46,218 nucleotides of DNA from Candidatus Woesearchaeota archaeon (GTDB taxonomy: Archaea > Nanobdellota > Nanobdellia > SCGC-AAA011-G17 > PNOQ01), in contig CAZCDH010000002.1 of the NCBI GenBank assembly GCA_964497715.1, forward strand, positions 2,810-49,027, read 5' to 3'. Under the pieces are notes generated by a model. The model ran no database searches. It was not told the DNA's origin and saw nothing but the letters and a program-made list of their open reading frames with translations. A program made the position numbers and the translations under genes. This document shows, one piece after another, positions 1-7,772 of this stretch. Within the stretch, counting starts at the first letter, position 1; each line of letters begins with the position of its first letter.

Positions 1-36
1 ATTGTCGTTACCATAGTGAACTATAGCCAGATATAG

Positions 37-55
37 TATATAAACCTTCCTATAT
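37..55 (-). promoter_or_regulatory. BRE/TATA-like promoter element, copy 1 of a 19-bp direct repeat
   Basis: The sequence is tatataaaccttcctatat. Read on the minus strand it gives AGGAAGG-TTTATATA, about 22 nt upstream of an ATG at 14..12 (context TCACTATG) that runs off the left edge. Confidence 0.5.
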
Positions 56-69
56 CGACACAAATAGTT

Positions 70-372
70 TCAAATATGATTTTTAAGATAATTTTTCAAA
101 CCCTTATAATCTTTATCTCTATCAAGAATACAGTGTATGAGTATATGAGATCCATCGACTTCATAAATGACTCTTTTTTCTTTTCTGTTATTTTCAAATC
201 TAACTCTAAAGAGCAAATAATTAAATCCTTTAACTCTTTTATATCTATGAGGATTTTGCTTAATCAATTTGAATTTTTTTTCTAGAATTCTCTTAGATTT
301 TGAAGTTAGTTTATCTAACTGTTTAAGGAAAAATCTTGAAGGCTTAAGAACATATTCCAAATTATCACCCAT
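70..372 (-). CDS. RelE/ParE-superfamily type II toxin
   Basis: Small basic protein with the pattern ...LIKQNPHRYKRVKG..LLFRVRF....RVIYEVDGSHILIHCILDRDKDY typical of RelE/ParE. I start it at the internal ATG (M12), which overlaps the upstream antitoxin stop by 8 nt (ATGGGTGA). The ORF-track start at 405 lies deep inside the antitoxin gene. Confidence 0.7.
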   Translation of the reverse strand: MGDNLEYVLKPSRFFLKQLDKLTSKSKRILEKKFKLIKQNPHRYKRVKGFNYLLFRVRFENNRKEKRVIYEVDGSHILIHCILDRDKDYKGLKNYLKNHI

Positions 373-607
373 CCAGTTTCTCAAACAATTCTTTTTCAGT
401 TCCAAAAAGATTTTTATTTTTAGTTAGATTAGTTAATTTTTTCACTAATTTAATCTCTTCTGAACTAAGTTCCTCTTCATCAAATAACTTCTCCCTAACA
501 ACTTCTTTGATGAACTCCTGTACTGTTCCAAAACCATTCTCTTCAGCAAAAGTTTTAGCAGAACTAAGCAGATTATTCGGCATTCTTACATTTATTTGAG
601 TATTCAT
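365..607 (-). CDS. Ribbon-helix-helix (CopG-like) antitoxin
   Basis: N-terminal INVRMPNNLLSSAKTFAEENGFGTVQEFIKEVVREKL looks like a strand-helix-helix motif, followed by an acidic tail, directly upstream of and overlapping the toxin. The track start at 628 is a TTG. The ATG at 607..605 sits 25 nt below a TATA box, consistent with a leaderless transcript. Confidence 0.6.
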   Translation of the reverse strand: MNTQINVRMPNNLLSSAKTFAEENGFGTVQEFIKEVVREKLFDEEELSSEEIKLVKKLTNLTKNKNLFGTEKELFEKLDG

Positions 608-632
608 AGTGATATTAATAGATACCAATTGA

Positions 633-651
633 TATATAAACCTTCCTATAT
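633..651 (-). promoter_or_regulatory. BRE/TATA-like promoter element, copy 2 of the 19-bp direct repeat
   Basis: Identical 19-mer to 37..55. On the minus strand TTTATATA lies 25 nt upstream of the antitoxin ATG (context TCACTATG, the same as copy 1). It overlaps the stop codon of the 646..1134 gene. Confidence 0.55.
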
Positions 652-1134
652 TAACCTAGCAATAATCCCAGTCCCATTGTTAAAAAACTTAACATCAAAA
701 CTGCCATCGGAAGTACCGTCACAAAGAGGACTACTTTCTAAAACAAGAAGAGGAATAAAACCATAACTCAATTCTTCTCCGGAGAAATAAACATTATCAC
801 TGTCACTATAACTAGAAGTTATATTCATATAAGTTGCTAGAGTCTCATCTAAAACAGAACTAAAATTTTGTTCTAAAGAGTGATCCATAATACAAATCTC
901 ATCAATACCCTCAGGAATACTTATAGAGTTAGCATAAACAACACTACCATAATTATCGCTATAAACCTGATCAACCTTGCCTTCTAAATCATTAATAAAA
1001 ACACTATACTCTACACTATCTCCAGTATCAATAACTCCTGCTATCCACTTAGCTCCTATTAATAATACAAGCACAGCTACGATGACATAGAACATATAAA
1101 TAAATGGCTGACCTAATACTTGTCCACGTTTCAT
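646..1134 (-). CDS. Secreted protein with class III (prepilin-type) signal peptide, type IV pilin-like
   Basis: The N-terminus MKRG|QVLGQPFIYMFYVIVAVLVLLIGA has a [KR]G-Q junction followed by one long hydrophobic helix. The body is acidic and Ser-rich. ATGA overlap with the upstream giant gene (1131-1134). Confidence 0.55.
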   Translation of the reverse strand: MKRGQVLGQPFIYMFYVIVAVLVLLIGAKWIAGVIDTGDSVEYSVFINDLEGKVDQVYSDNYGSVVYANSISIPEGIDEICIMDHSLEQNFSSVLDETLATYMNITSSYSDSDNVYFSGEELSYGFIPLLVLESSPLCDGTSDGSFDVKFFNNGTGIIARLI

Positions 1135-4100
1135 GGATATATTGTAAAGCTCCCTATATTATCAAAATCATCCTGACATTTAATATAATAAACATCAGAT
1201 CCTAAAGGAGCATAATGTACAGTTCTATCAAGACCAGAAGATTGCATCGCATTTCCTTCTGTTTCAAATGCAAAATTAGAGACCTCATTATCATATTTAC
1301 AATTAGCTGCCTCACTCAATACAAGATATAAATAATTTTGACCAGTATAAATACTCACAGGTTCTGGCGCATCTTCATCAGACACAACATAAAATGCAGA
1401 ACTATCACTTACAACATTATCTGCAAGATCTTCACAACTAACAACTAAGTTATGTAAAGTTCCAAAAGGACTTCCACTCAAAGCATCAGGATGTTCTAAA
1501 ACAAAACTCGGTCCAGACACTTCACTGAATTGATAACTCTGACCATCTAAAGTGTAGCTACACACAGTACCACCAATCACACTCTCTGCGAATACTTGGA
1601 TCAAAGGTGTTGAATCATAAGTTAAATTTCCGTCAGCAGGACTATCTATAGTAACATTAAAACTAGGTACGATATTAAAAGTTGCATTCAAGGAATCATA
1701 CTGAAGATTCGCTTGAACAAGACCTTCATTACCACTATTGTCTCTACATGCAAATTGGTACAAATAAGTCTCAATCCCATTTAATTCAAGATCAGGAGTT
1801 CCACTAAATACTAAATCAGTACTGAACATCTGGCAATCTGCAGTCTCACTTCCAGGACAAGCCACAGGAGTTCCACCACCGAAAGAATTTTCCATAGTAG
1901 CATACTCGGAGTTATCTTGAGAATATCTACAACCTTCTACACCATTAGGATTATCTCCAACAATAATATTCCAATTAACAGAGTTTGTACCTTCAGTCCT
2001 ATAGATCCCATTAGGTGGACTCATACTCCAGAAAGTAGGAGGTAAATAATCTGGTCTATCTCCAAACTTAACCTGTACAGAATAATAATCTTCACTAACT
2101 CCTTGATGATTCTCACTTAGATCTTCACACTTAATATAATAAGTAGCTCCGCCACCCTCTTTATCAGACTCGCTAAGATCAAATAAAATATCATTAGTGA
2201 AAGGATAATCTGATCTGCTAAATAAATTCATCTCGCTATACTCCATTCCACTAGCATCACCATACCTACAATTAGCCCTCTCAGGTTCACCAGCATCATT
2301 AGTAGTATTAACATTTATCTTAATTGAACCTACATCTTCCCAACCATAAACTCCAGAAAGAGGGGCAACTAAATTATTCATATTATTATTTTCAACGCTC
2401 TCTAAATACTCAATATAATTACCTTCTAAATCATAAACATCTAATCTAATATAGCTTACATGTGGCTCTTCTGCATCTCCAGAATCAATAGCAACACACG
2501 CACCAGTACCTGGATCATCACTATTCGGTACATATGCACAATGTTCATTATCTGCACCAAGAATATTACATCTATCTTCACTACAGTCCCACTGTCCTTC
2601 AGGTCCACCGCATTGCCAGCAATGATCACTATTAGTATATGATTGTTCAGGATCACAACTTCCAGCATTGACACCCTCAGCAAGTTGATAAATAGTATAC
2701 ATAATTCCTAAAGTTCTCAAAGCAGTGTTCATAAAACTTCCAGATTCTGCAGCAACCTCATCAGAAACACTGTCTGTGAAATCTTCAGTTATTTGATCTA
2801 AATAAACTTCATTATTAGGATTAACAATCTCCCAATCGCCAGGTCCTACTTGTAATCCATCGGCACCAAAATCAGAAACATAAGAAGAACCATATCTAGT
2901 AGAATAATCACTAACAACACCGTTAGCAGCATCAAATATTTCATCTCCACTCAATCCACTAACTGCACCAAGTATGTCGCTATTAAGAGACCTTTCAATA
3001 AAATATCTTCCAAGAGCTACAGAACTCATCGCACCTTCAGAACTAAGAAGCAATCTAGCAATATCAACAACTCCTTCACCAAGATCAAATCTATCTGCCA
3101 TATCTGCAGAAACATCACTAGCTTCTAAAACTCTCTCATTGTTAAAAGTCCTAGCAATAGCAAGAGTCTTAGCTAAATCTGCCTTACCCTCATCAGTCTC
3201 AGCAGAAAAATCATACTGTTCAACTTCTGCATTGACACGTTCAACATATCCACCAACAGTACCTATAACTCCCCAAAATAAATTACTACCAAACATAGAC
3301 CAGATAGTCTGACCAACACCACCCAAAAATCCAGCATTATTAGGATCGCAAAATGGAGTAATCTGACAAATAACATACAAACTGATAGCAGTACCAACAG
3401 CAGTACCAATAACTCCTGAAGCAGCATTAACCAGAGATTCCCAATTAGCTCCTTCTGGAATGAAATCACAATCTCCAATTAGATTGCACTCTTGCTCAGT
3501 ACAAATATTAGTATAAGGATCACCACCAGCACCACAAATATTACATCTCTCTTCTAAATCACTATCAGCAACATGAGGAGAATACTCAGGTTTAGGATTA
3601 CAAGAACCAAGAGGAGACCATGCAAAGTCGTGATCATAATCACAAAGTTTTAACCCTTCATCATTCTCAATATCTTCACAATCATCAGGAGTACAATACT
3701 CTCCAACAAGAGGGAGTATAATATTTGTACCAATTCCAGGAAGGTAACCAAAAACATCTATCAGATGTCTTGCCTCTCCACACTCAAAACAAGCCTCTGC
3801 ACCATTAGTTATGAACTTAGCATTTCTCCTATCAAATTCACCAAAATCCTTTACAGTACTTATACAAATTTTTTCACCATGGTCATAATTTTCAATAGCT
3901 TCAACTTCACCATTTTGACACTCTAAAACATACTCTTTCAAAAATTTACTCTTCTGATCACTAGAAAAAGAACCACTATACATTGTTAAACAAAGTTGCT
4001 CACCATTCTTAAATTCTATAGGGTCACAATCAGGACAATCAGGGACACAAGAAGTTGTTATACACTCTGCATTCTCACTTCCACCATCTTCATCAGCATC

Positions 4101-4832
4101 AAAACAAGTGTTATCAGGATAACCACAATCTTCAACAAGATCATCTCGATTTCCGTCACTATCATACCAAAATAATTTATGAACATCTCCTTCTTCAAGA
4201 TTTCCACAATTCAAACTAGTGTGGCCATCAGGTTCACTTAACCTAGCTGAACAAGAACTAACAGAACTACATTCAGTATTAGCATGCCAAAAAATGGGAT
4301 TGACACACATACTATTAAAAGTAAATTCACAACTGCCGGCCATCTCACAACAACCAACTTGATTATCAACACACTCATTATCACAAACAGCATTATTAGT
4401 TATCATTGGATCATGTTCGCCAGAACAAATATTTTCTTCAACAACATTACAAAGACCATTACTTTCACAACAACCTAATTTACAAGCCTGAACATTTTCT
4501 TTCGGTTGAGCATAAGGTGTTCCGCCCTCTGCACTACACTGAACCCTAGGATAATTAGACAAACAAGTACCAACAGCAGGAACACAAGTATCTAATTCAC
4601 AACTATCATCACCGTAAGCACCTAACTCAGAACAGCTAGTGTACTCAGCAAAAGTATCACACACACCAACATCAGCAACATCAACACAATAATCTCCATT
4701 TGGATGAGTAATGCAACATCCATCTGCAGCATAAACTGGTTCACTCTCAAGAACAATCGCAATATTAAACATAGCAAAAACTATCAAAGCAGAAAGAAAT
4801 ACACTAACCAATTTTTTATGATTAACTAACAT
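1131..4832 (-). CDS. Giant cysteine-rich multidomain surface/membrane protein, family unknown
   Basis: The uninterrupted ORF is 1239 codons from the track start. That start at 4850 is a TTG, so I use the ATG at 4832 (MLVNHKKLVSVFLSALIVFAMF...VYA|AD), which gives a Sec-type signal peptide. There are about 45 Cys in the first ~460 aa. Next come Gly-rich hydrophobic segments and a ~230-aa Cys-free region. A second Cys cluster and four C-terminal Cys-pair modules follow. Confidence 0.85.
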   Translation of the reverse strand: MLVNHKKLVSVFLSALIVFAMFNIAIVLESEPVYAADGCCITHPNGDYCVDVADVGVCDTFAEYTSCSELGAYGDDSCELDTCVPAVGTCLSNYPRVQCSAEGGTPYAQPKENVQACKLGCCESNGLCNVVEENICSGEHDPMITNNAVCDNECVDNQVGCCEMAGSCEFTFNSMCVNPIFWHANTECSSVSSCSARLSEPDGHTSLNCGNLEEGDVHKLFWYDSDGNRDDLVEDCGYPDNTCFDADEDGGSENAECITTSCVPDCPDCDPIEFKNGEQLCLTMYSGSFSSDQKSKFLKEYVLECQNGEVEAIENYDHGEKICISTVKDFGEFDRRNAKFITNGAEACFECGEARHLIDVFGYLPGIGTNIILPLVGEYCTPDDCEDIENDEGLKLCDYDHDFAWSPLGSCNPKPEYSPHVADSDLEERCNICGAGGDPYTNICTEQECNLIGDCDFIPEGANWESLVNAASGVIGTAVGTAISLYVICQITPFCDPNNAGFLGGVGQTIWSMFGSNLFWGVIGTVGGYVERVNAEVEQYDFSAETDEGKADLAKTLAIARTFNNERVLEASDVSADMADRFDLGEGVVDIARLLLSSEGAMSSVALGRYFIERSLNSDILGAVSGLSGDEIFDAANGVVSDYSTRYGSSYVSDFGADGLQVGPGDWEIVNPNNEVYLDQITEDFTDSVSDEVAAESGSFMNTALRTLGIMYTIYQLAEGVNAGSCDPEQSYTNSDHCWQCGGPEGQWDCSEDRCNILGADNEHCAYVPNSDDPGTGACVAIDSGDAEEPHVSYIRLDVYDLEGNYIEYLESVENNNMNNLVAPLSGVYGWEDVGSIKINVNTTNDAGEPERANCRYGDASGMEYSEMNLFSRSDYPFTNDILFDLSESDKEGGGATYYIKCEDLSENHQGVSEDYYSVQVKFGDRPDYLPPTFWSMSPPNGIYRTEGTNSVNWNIIVGDNPNGVEGCRYSQDNSEYATMENSFGGGTPVACPGSETADCQMFSTDLVFSGTPDLELNGIETYLYQFACRDNSGNEGLVQANLQYDSLNATFNIVPSFNVTIDSPADGNLTYDSTPLIQVFAESVIGGTVCSYTLDGQSYQFSEVSGPSFVLEHPDALSGSPFGTLHNLVVSCEDLADNVVSDSSAFYVVSDEDAPEPVSIYTGQNYLYLVLSEAANCKYDNEVSNFAFETEGNAMQSSGLDRTVHYAPLGSDVYYIKCQDDFDNIGSFTIYP

Positions 4833-5668
4833 AGTTTCAACAAGACACAAAATCTCACATCCTCCTCTCCTTCAACAGGTATATCAACATATTGGAATTC
4901 TTCACAGGCATTCAAACCATTACTACTAAATGTTAATTGATTGGCATAATCTATCTCTCCAGCAGAATAACTATATCCGTAACCAGAAAAAGGTATACCA
5001 TTAATATTACAAAATAAATTATAATCAGGATATCCAAGATAATCTCCACTATAACAACTAACAATTGCATTTCCAGCTCTCAAAGCCCTTCCAACAGGAA
5101 TTTCAACAACTGCCAAAAGACTATCTATAGTTCCAATATAATCTCCTCTACTTAATTCAATTGGATAACTAATAGACTGCTTCATCCCATTATCTGTTAT
5201 CAATGGAGCTTCTAAAACCATTTCACTAATCTCAGTAACAGAAAGACCAACTCCTTCAAATGAATCAAACACTAATTCAATACAACTATCAAGATCTAAA
5301 TCTTCTTCCATAAAATTTCTAATCTCATTACCTACCCTTTCAACACTCGGCAAATAAGTTCGAGGAACTCTGCCATCATAAGCATAAGCAACATTAGTAT
5401 CGTTCCAAGAAAGACTAATTTCCTCCAAAGGAGAATTAATTCCACCCCTTAACATCACATGTCTAACAGCGCTAAGTAAACTCGCTTCAGCACAAGACTC
5501 AATTCCAGATCTAACAGGTTCAATCTGTGCAGAAACAAATCTTTCTGACTCTTCACCTGTCAATTCATTAGGAAAAATATTGCCACGTAATTGAAAAAGA
5601 AGTCCCACAATAGCTAAAACAACAATACCTAAAATTATGAAAATCGTCACCTGCCCTCTTTTATTCAT
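4826..5668 (-). CDS. Secreted protein with class III (prepilin-type) signal peptide, type IV pilin-like
   Basis: The N-terminus is MNKRG|QVTIFIILGIVVLAIVGLLF. A TTTATAAA box lies about 23 nt upstream of the ATG, consistent with a leaderless transcript. The stop overlaps the giant gene ATG by 7 nt. Confidence 0.55.
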   Translation of the reverse strand: MNKRGQVTIFIILGIVVLAIVGLLFQLRGNIFPNELTGEESERFVSAQIEPVRSGIESCAEASLLSAVRHVMLRGGINSPLEEISLSWNDTNVAYAYDGRVPRTYLPSVERVGNEIRNFMEEDLDLDSCIELVFDSFEGVGLSVTEISEMVLEAPLITDNGMKQSISYPIELSRGDYIGTIDSLLAVVEIPVGRALRAGNAIVSCYSGDYLGYPDYNLFCNINGIPFSGYGYSYSAGEIDYANQLTFSSNGLNACEEFQYVDIPVEGEEDVRFCVLLKLC

Positions 5669-5725
5669 AAGGCCGAAATGTTGAAAGAAATTTATAAAGC
5701 TTTCGTATATAAAACCAGAAAAAAA

Positions 5726-6475
5726 TTATTTATTTTCAACTCTCGGAGCAAGAATTGTGAACAGTTGTAATCTATCTGTAACTCTGTATTCAATTTGCAA
5801 AGGATAATCTTCACCAAATTTCAAACTAACATTATCACAAAGTTTACTTCCCTTAATTATTTTTTTAAGATACTCTACAGAATATTTTGATTTGATAATA
5901 TCTTCTCCTTCAACAACTATTGAAGTTTCCTCACTCTTACCAAGATTTATTTTAGCATCACTAGTATTTCCTTTAGCAAAAATTTCTAATTTTTCACCTT
6001 CAGCAATTAAACCTATTGAATCAGAGATTATATCCATATCTTCTACAGCTTCATTAAAAACAACTGAGCTCATACTAATTTTTGCAGGAAATTCTAACTC
6101 TGGAATTTTTTGTTGTGTATCTTGAAGCTCTATCAATCCAAGATTAAACTTCCTAACACTATCTCCACGAAGTTGAATATTCAATCTATTCTTTTCAGAA
6201 TCAAGTTCAAGAGTAATACTATCAGAAGGTCTAGCCCTTCCAAGAATTTGTTTTAAACTAGAAAGATTAACAGAAATTATTTCTTCTCCTTCAACTTTAT
6301 ACTCAACAAAAGAACTGCTTAACAACCGAAGAACAATCATAGCAACATTTGCAGGATCCATTGCAACAATCTCTAACTTGTCTGAATCAAATTTCATTCT
6401 AACATCACTAACTAATTCCGACAATACACCTATGCTATCTTTTAAAAATCTTGGTTCAGTTAATACAACTTTCAT
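5726..6475 (-). CDS. pcn: DNA polymerase sliding clamp PCNA
   Basis: 249 aa, the usual archaeal PCNA length. The two-domain repeat pattern (..FDSDKLEIVAMDPANVAMI.. / ..LKFGEDYPLQIEY..) is typical of archaeal PCNA. Confidence 0.9.
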   Translation of the reverse strand: MKVVLTEPRFLKDSIGVLSELVSDVRMKFDSDKLEIVAMDPANVAMIVLRLLSSSFVEYKVEGEEIISVNLSSLKQILGRARPSDSITLELDSEKNRLNIQLRGDSVRKFNLGLIELQDTQQKIPELEFPAKISMSSVVFNEAVEDMDIISDSIGLIAEGEKLEIFAKGNTSDAKINLGKSEETSIVVEGEDIIKSKYSVEYLKKIIKGSKLCDNVSLKFGEDYPLQIEYRVTDRLQLFTILAPRVENK

Positions 6476-6538
6476 TATTAATCAAGAGTGGTAATATGAT
6501 TTCGTTTTTAACTATTACTATTCTAAAGGATATAAAAG

Positions 6539-6868
6539 TTAGTAATCTCTCCAACGATGTGCGCATTTAGTACACTCAAAAAATCTTGTCTCTGCCTCAT
6601 CTCCAGATCTTGTTTGAACTAACCAATAATATGAATATGCGTTACTACACTTCTCACATTTATTTTTAATCTTAGGCAAAGTCTCAATCTTCTTTCCGCC
6701 ATGCACTTCGATCTGCTGATCTTTTTCAAGCTCAACCTTTTCTTTCATAACGATTTTAGAAGGTTTACTCCTAGGAGTATATCCACATTTAGGACAGTTT
6801 AATTTACCCTTCTCTCTATCGACAACCATAAGTCCACCACATTTTTGACAAAACATTTCATTCATCAT
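6539..6868 (-). CDS. tfs: Transcription factor S / RNAP subunit M family (two zinc ribbons)
   Basis: Contains CQKCGG...CPKCGY and CEKC...RSGDEAETRFFECTKCAHRW, the C-terminal Zn ribbon with an acidic DE loop. The start chosen is the ATG in ATGA overlap with the signal peptidase stop. Confidence 0.85.
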   Translation of the reverse strand: MMNEMFCQKCGGLMVVDREKGKLNCPKCGYTPRSKPSKIVMKEKVELEKDQQIEVHGGKKIETLPKIKNKCEKCSNAYSYYWLVQTRSGDEAETRFFECTKCAHRWRDY

Positions 6869-7458
6869 TTTAATATCTCCACAAAAAAGATTTTGATCCA
6901 ACCAAGGTAAGGCACTTTAAAGATTGATTTACCAATAACTCTATCTTCACTAATCTCTGTCTCACCAAGCGAATCATAACTATCTCCATTATTATCGCCT
7001 TTTGTTTTCAAATACCACTCCTCGTTATTTTTCCACTTATCTACAACTCTGTGGATTATAGGATAGTGCGAATTTGATTGAAAAACGATTACATCTCCGC
7101 TATTTATATCTTTCGATTTAGAGCCATAGAGTATGATTATATCACCTTTATTGAACCCATTCTTAAAAATCCACCCCGAATAATCATCTTTTGTTATTCC
7201 TCTTTTCTCATACCATCCTTTATTTTCTTCCCACCAGATTTCTGAACCAATACCTTCATGTTCCATACTTCCAGAAACAACAGCAACAACAGGATGACTA
7301 GTTCCACCAAGAACTAAACCTAATCCAGGATAAATAAGAAACTTAACTAATACAAATGCAATAACGAGAGAAACTATCCAAGAAGCAGGACTATCACTAT
7401 ACCATAGAAATTTCCAGGTTTTTTTAAGAAGAGATTTATATTTCTTCATCAAGGTCAC
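6865..7458 (-). CDS. Type I signal peptidase (S26, Sec11/archaeal type)
   Basis: N-terminal TM segment, then the VVSGSMEH Ser box, GDIIILYG/GDVIVF and IIHRVV boxes. Confidence 0.8.
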   Translation of the reverse strand: MTLMKKYKSLLKKTWKFLWYSDSPASWIVSLVIAFVLVKFLIYPGLGLVLGGTSHPVVAVVSGSMEHEGIGSEIWWEENKGWYEKRGITKDDYSGWIFKNGFNKGDIIILYGSKSKDINSGDVIVFQSNSHYPIIHRVVDKWKNNEEWYLKTKGDNNGDSYDSLGETEISEDRVIGKSIFKVPYLGWIKIFFVEILK

Positions 7459-7466
7459 CTAAACTA

Positions 7467-7742
7467 TTATTTATTGATCTTTAACTGATCAAGTAAATCA
7501 TTATTATTTTTCTGTATCCTATCAACTGCTACCAACAAAGCCTTTTTAGGGTCTTCTTTACCATCAGTCTCAATTATTAAAATTGGACTACCAGCCTGAG
7601 GATGTTTAACATCATAACCAGAAACTTTTATATGTGAATCATTCCACAATTCTTTTCTAATTATATTAGCTAGAGTATGATCTTCCCCAATTAATTCAAT
7701 TTTAATTTTGTTTTTTTCCGATTCCAGTATTTTGATTTCCAT
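7467..7742 (-). CDS. rpoL: DNA-directed RNA polymerase subunit L (Rpo11)
   Basis: 91 aa. The pattern EDHTLANIIRKEL...V..SGYDVKHP is characteristic of RpoL/Rpb11. Confidence 0.85.
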   Translation of the reverse strand: MEIKILESEKNKIKIELIGEDHTLANIIRKELWNDSHIKVSGYDVKHPQAGSPILIIETDGKEDPKKALLVAVDRIQKNNNDLLDQLKINK

Positions 7743-7772
7743 CTTAAGAAAGATTAAGAAATAAGCCCTATT

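Noticed and set aside
76-285. Plus-strand 69-aa ORF antisense to the RelE-like toxin
   Set aside because: It lies entirely inside a better-supported minus-strand gene. It has Ile/Phe/Ser-rich low-complexity composition typical of antisense frames in AT-rich DNA.
37-651. The 19-bp direct repeats as target-site duplication or att sites of a mobile element carrying the TA cassette
   Set aside because: There is no integrase, transposase or inverted terminal repeats between or beside them. Each copy sits at promoter distance from an ATG with the same TCACTATG context, so a duplicated promoter explains them better. The idea is kept as an alternative in the findings.
2456-4478. Several 60-112-aa ORFs (2456..2683, 2460..2642, 2974..3312, 3263..3478, 4284..4478) inside the giant gene
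   Set aside because: All are nested in or antisense to the uninterrupted 1239-codon ORF. None has start signals or recognisable motifs.
4833-4850. ORF-track starts at 4850 (giant gene), 17250 (valS) and 628 (antitoxin)
   Set aside because: All three are TTG codons translated as M by the track. In each case an ATG a few codons downstream gives a better N-terminus (signal peptide, or TATA spacing) and a shorter overlap with the upstream gene.
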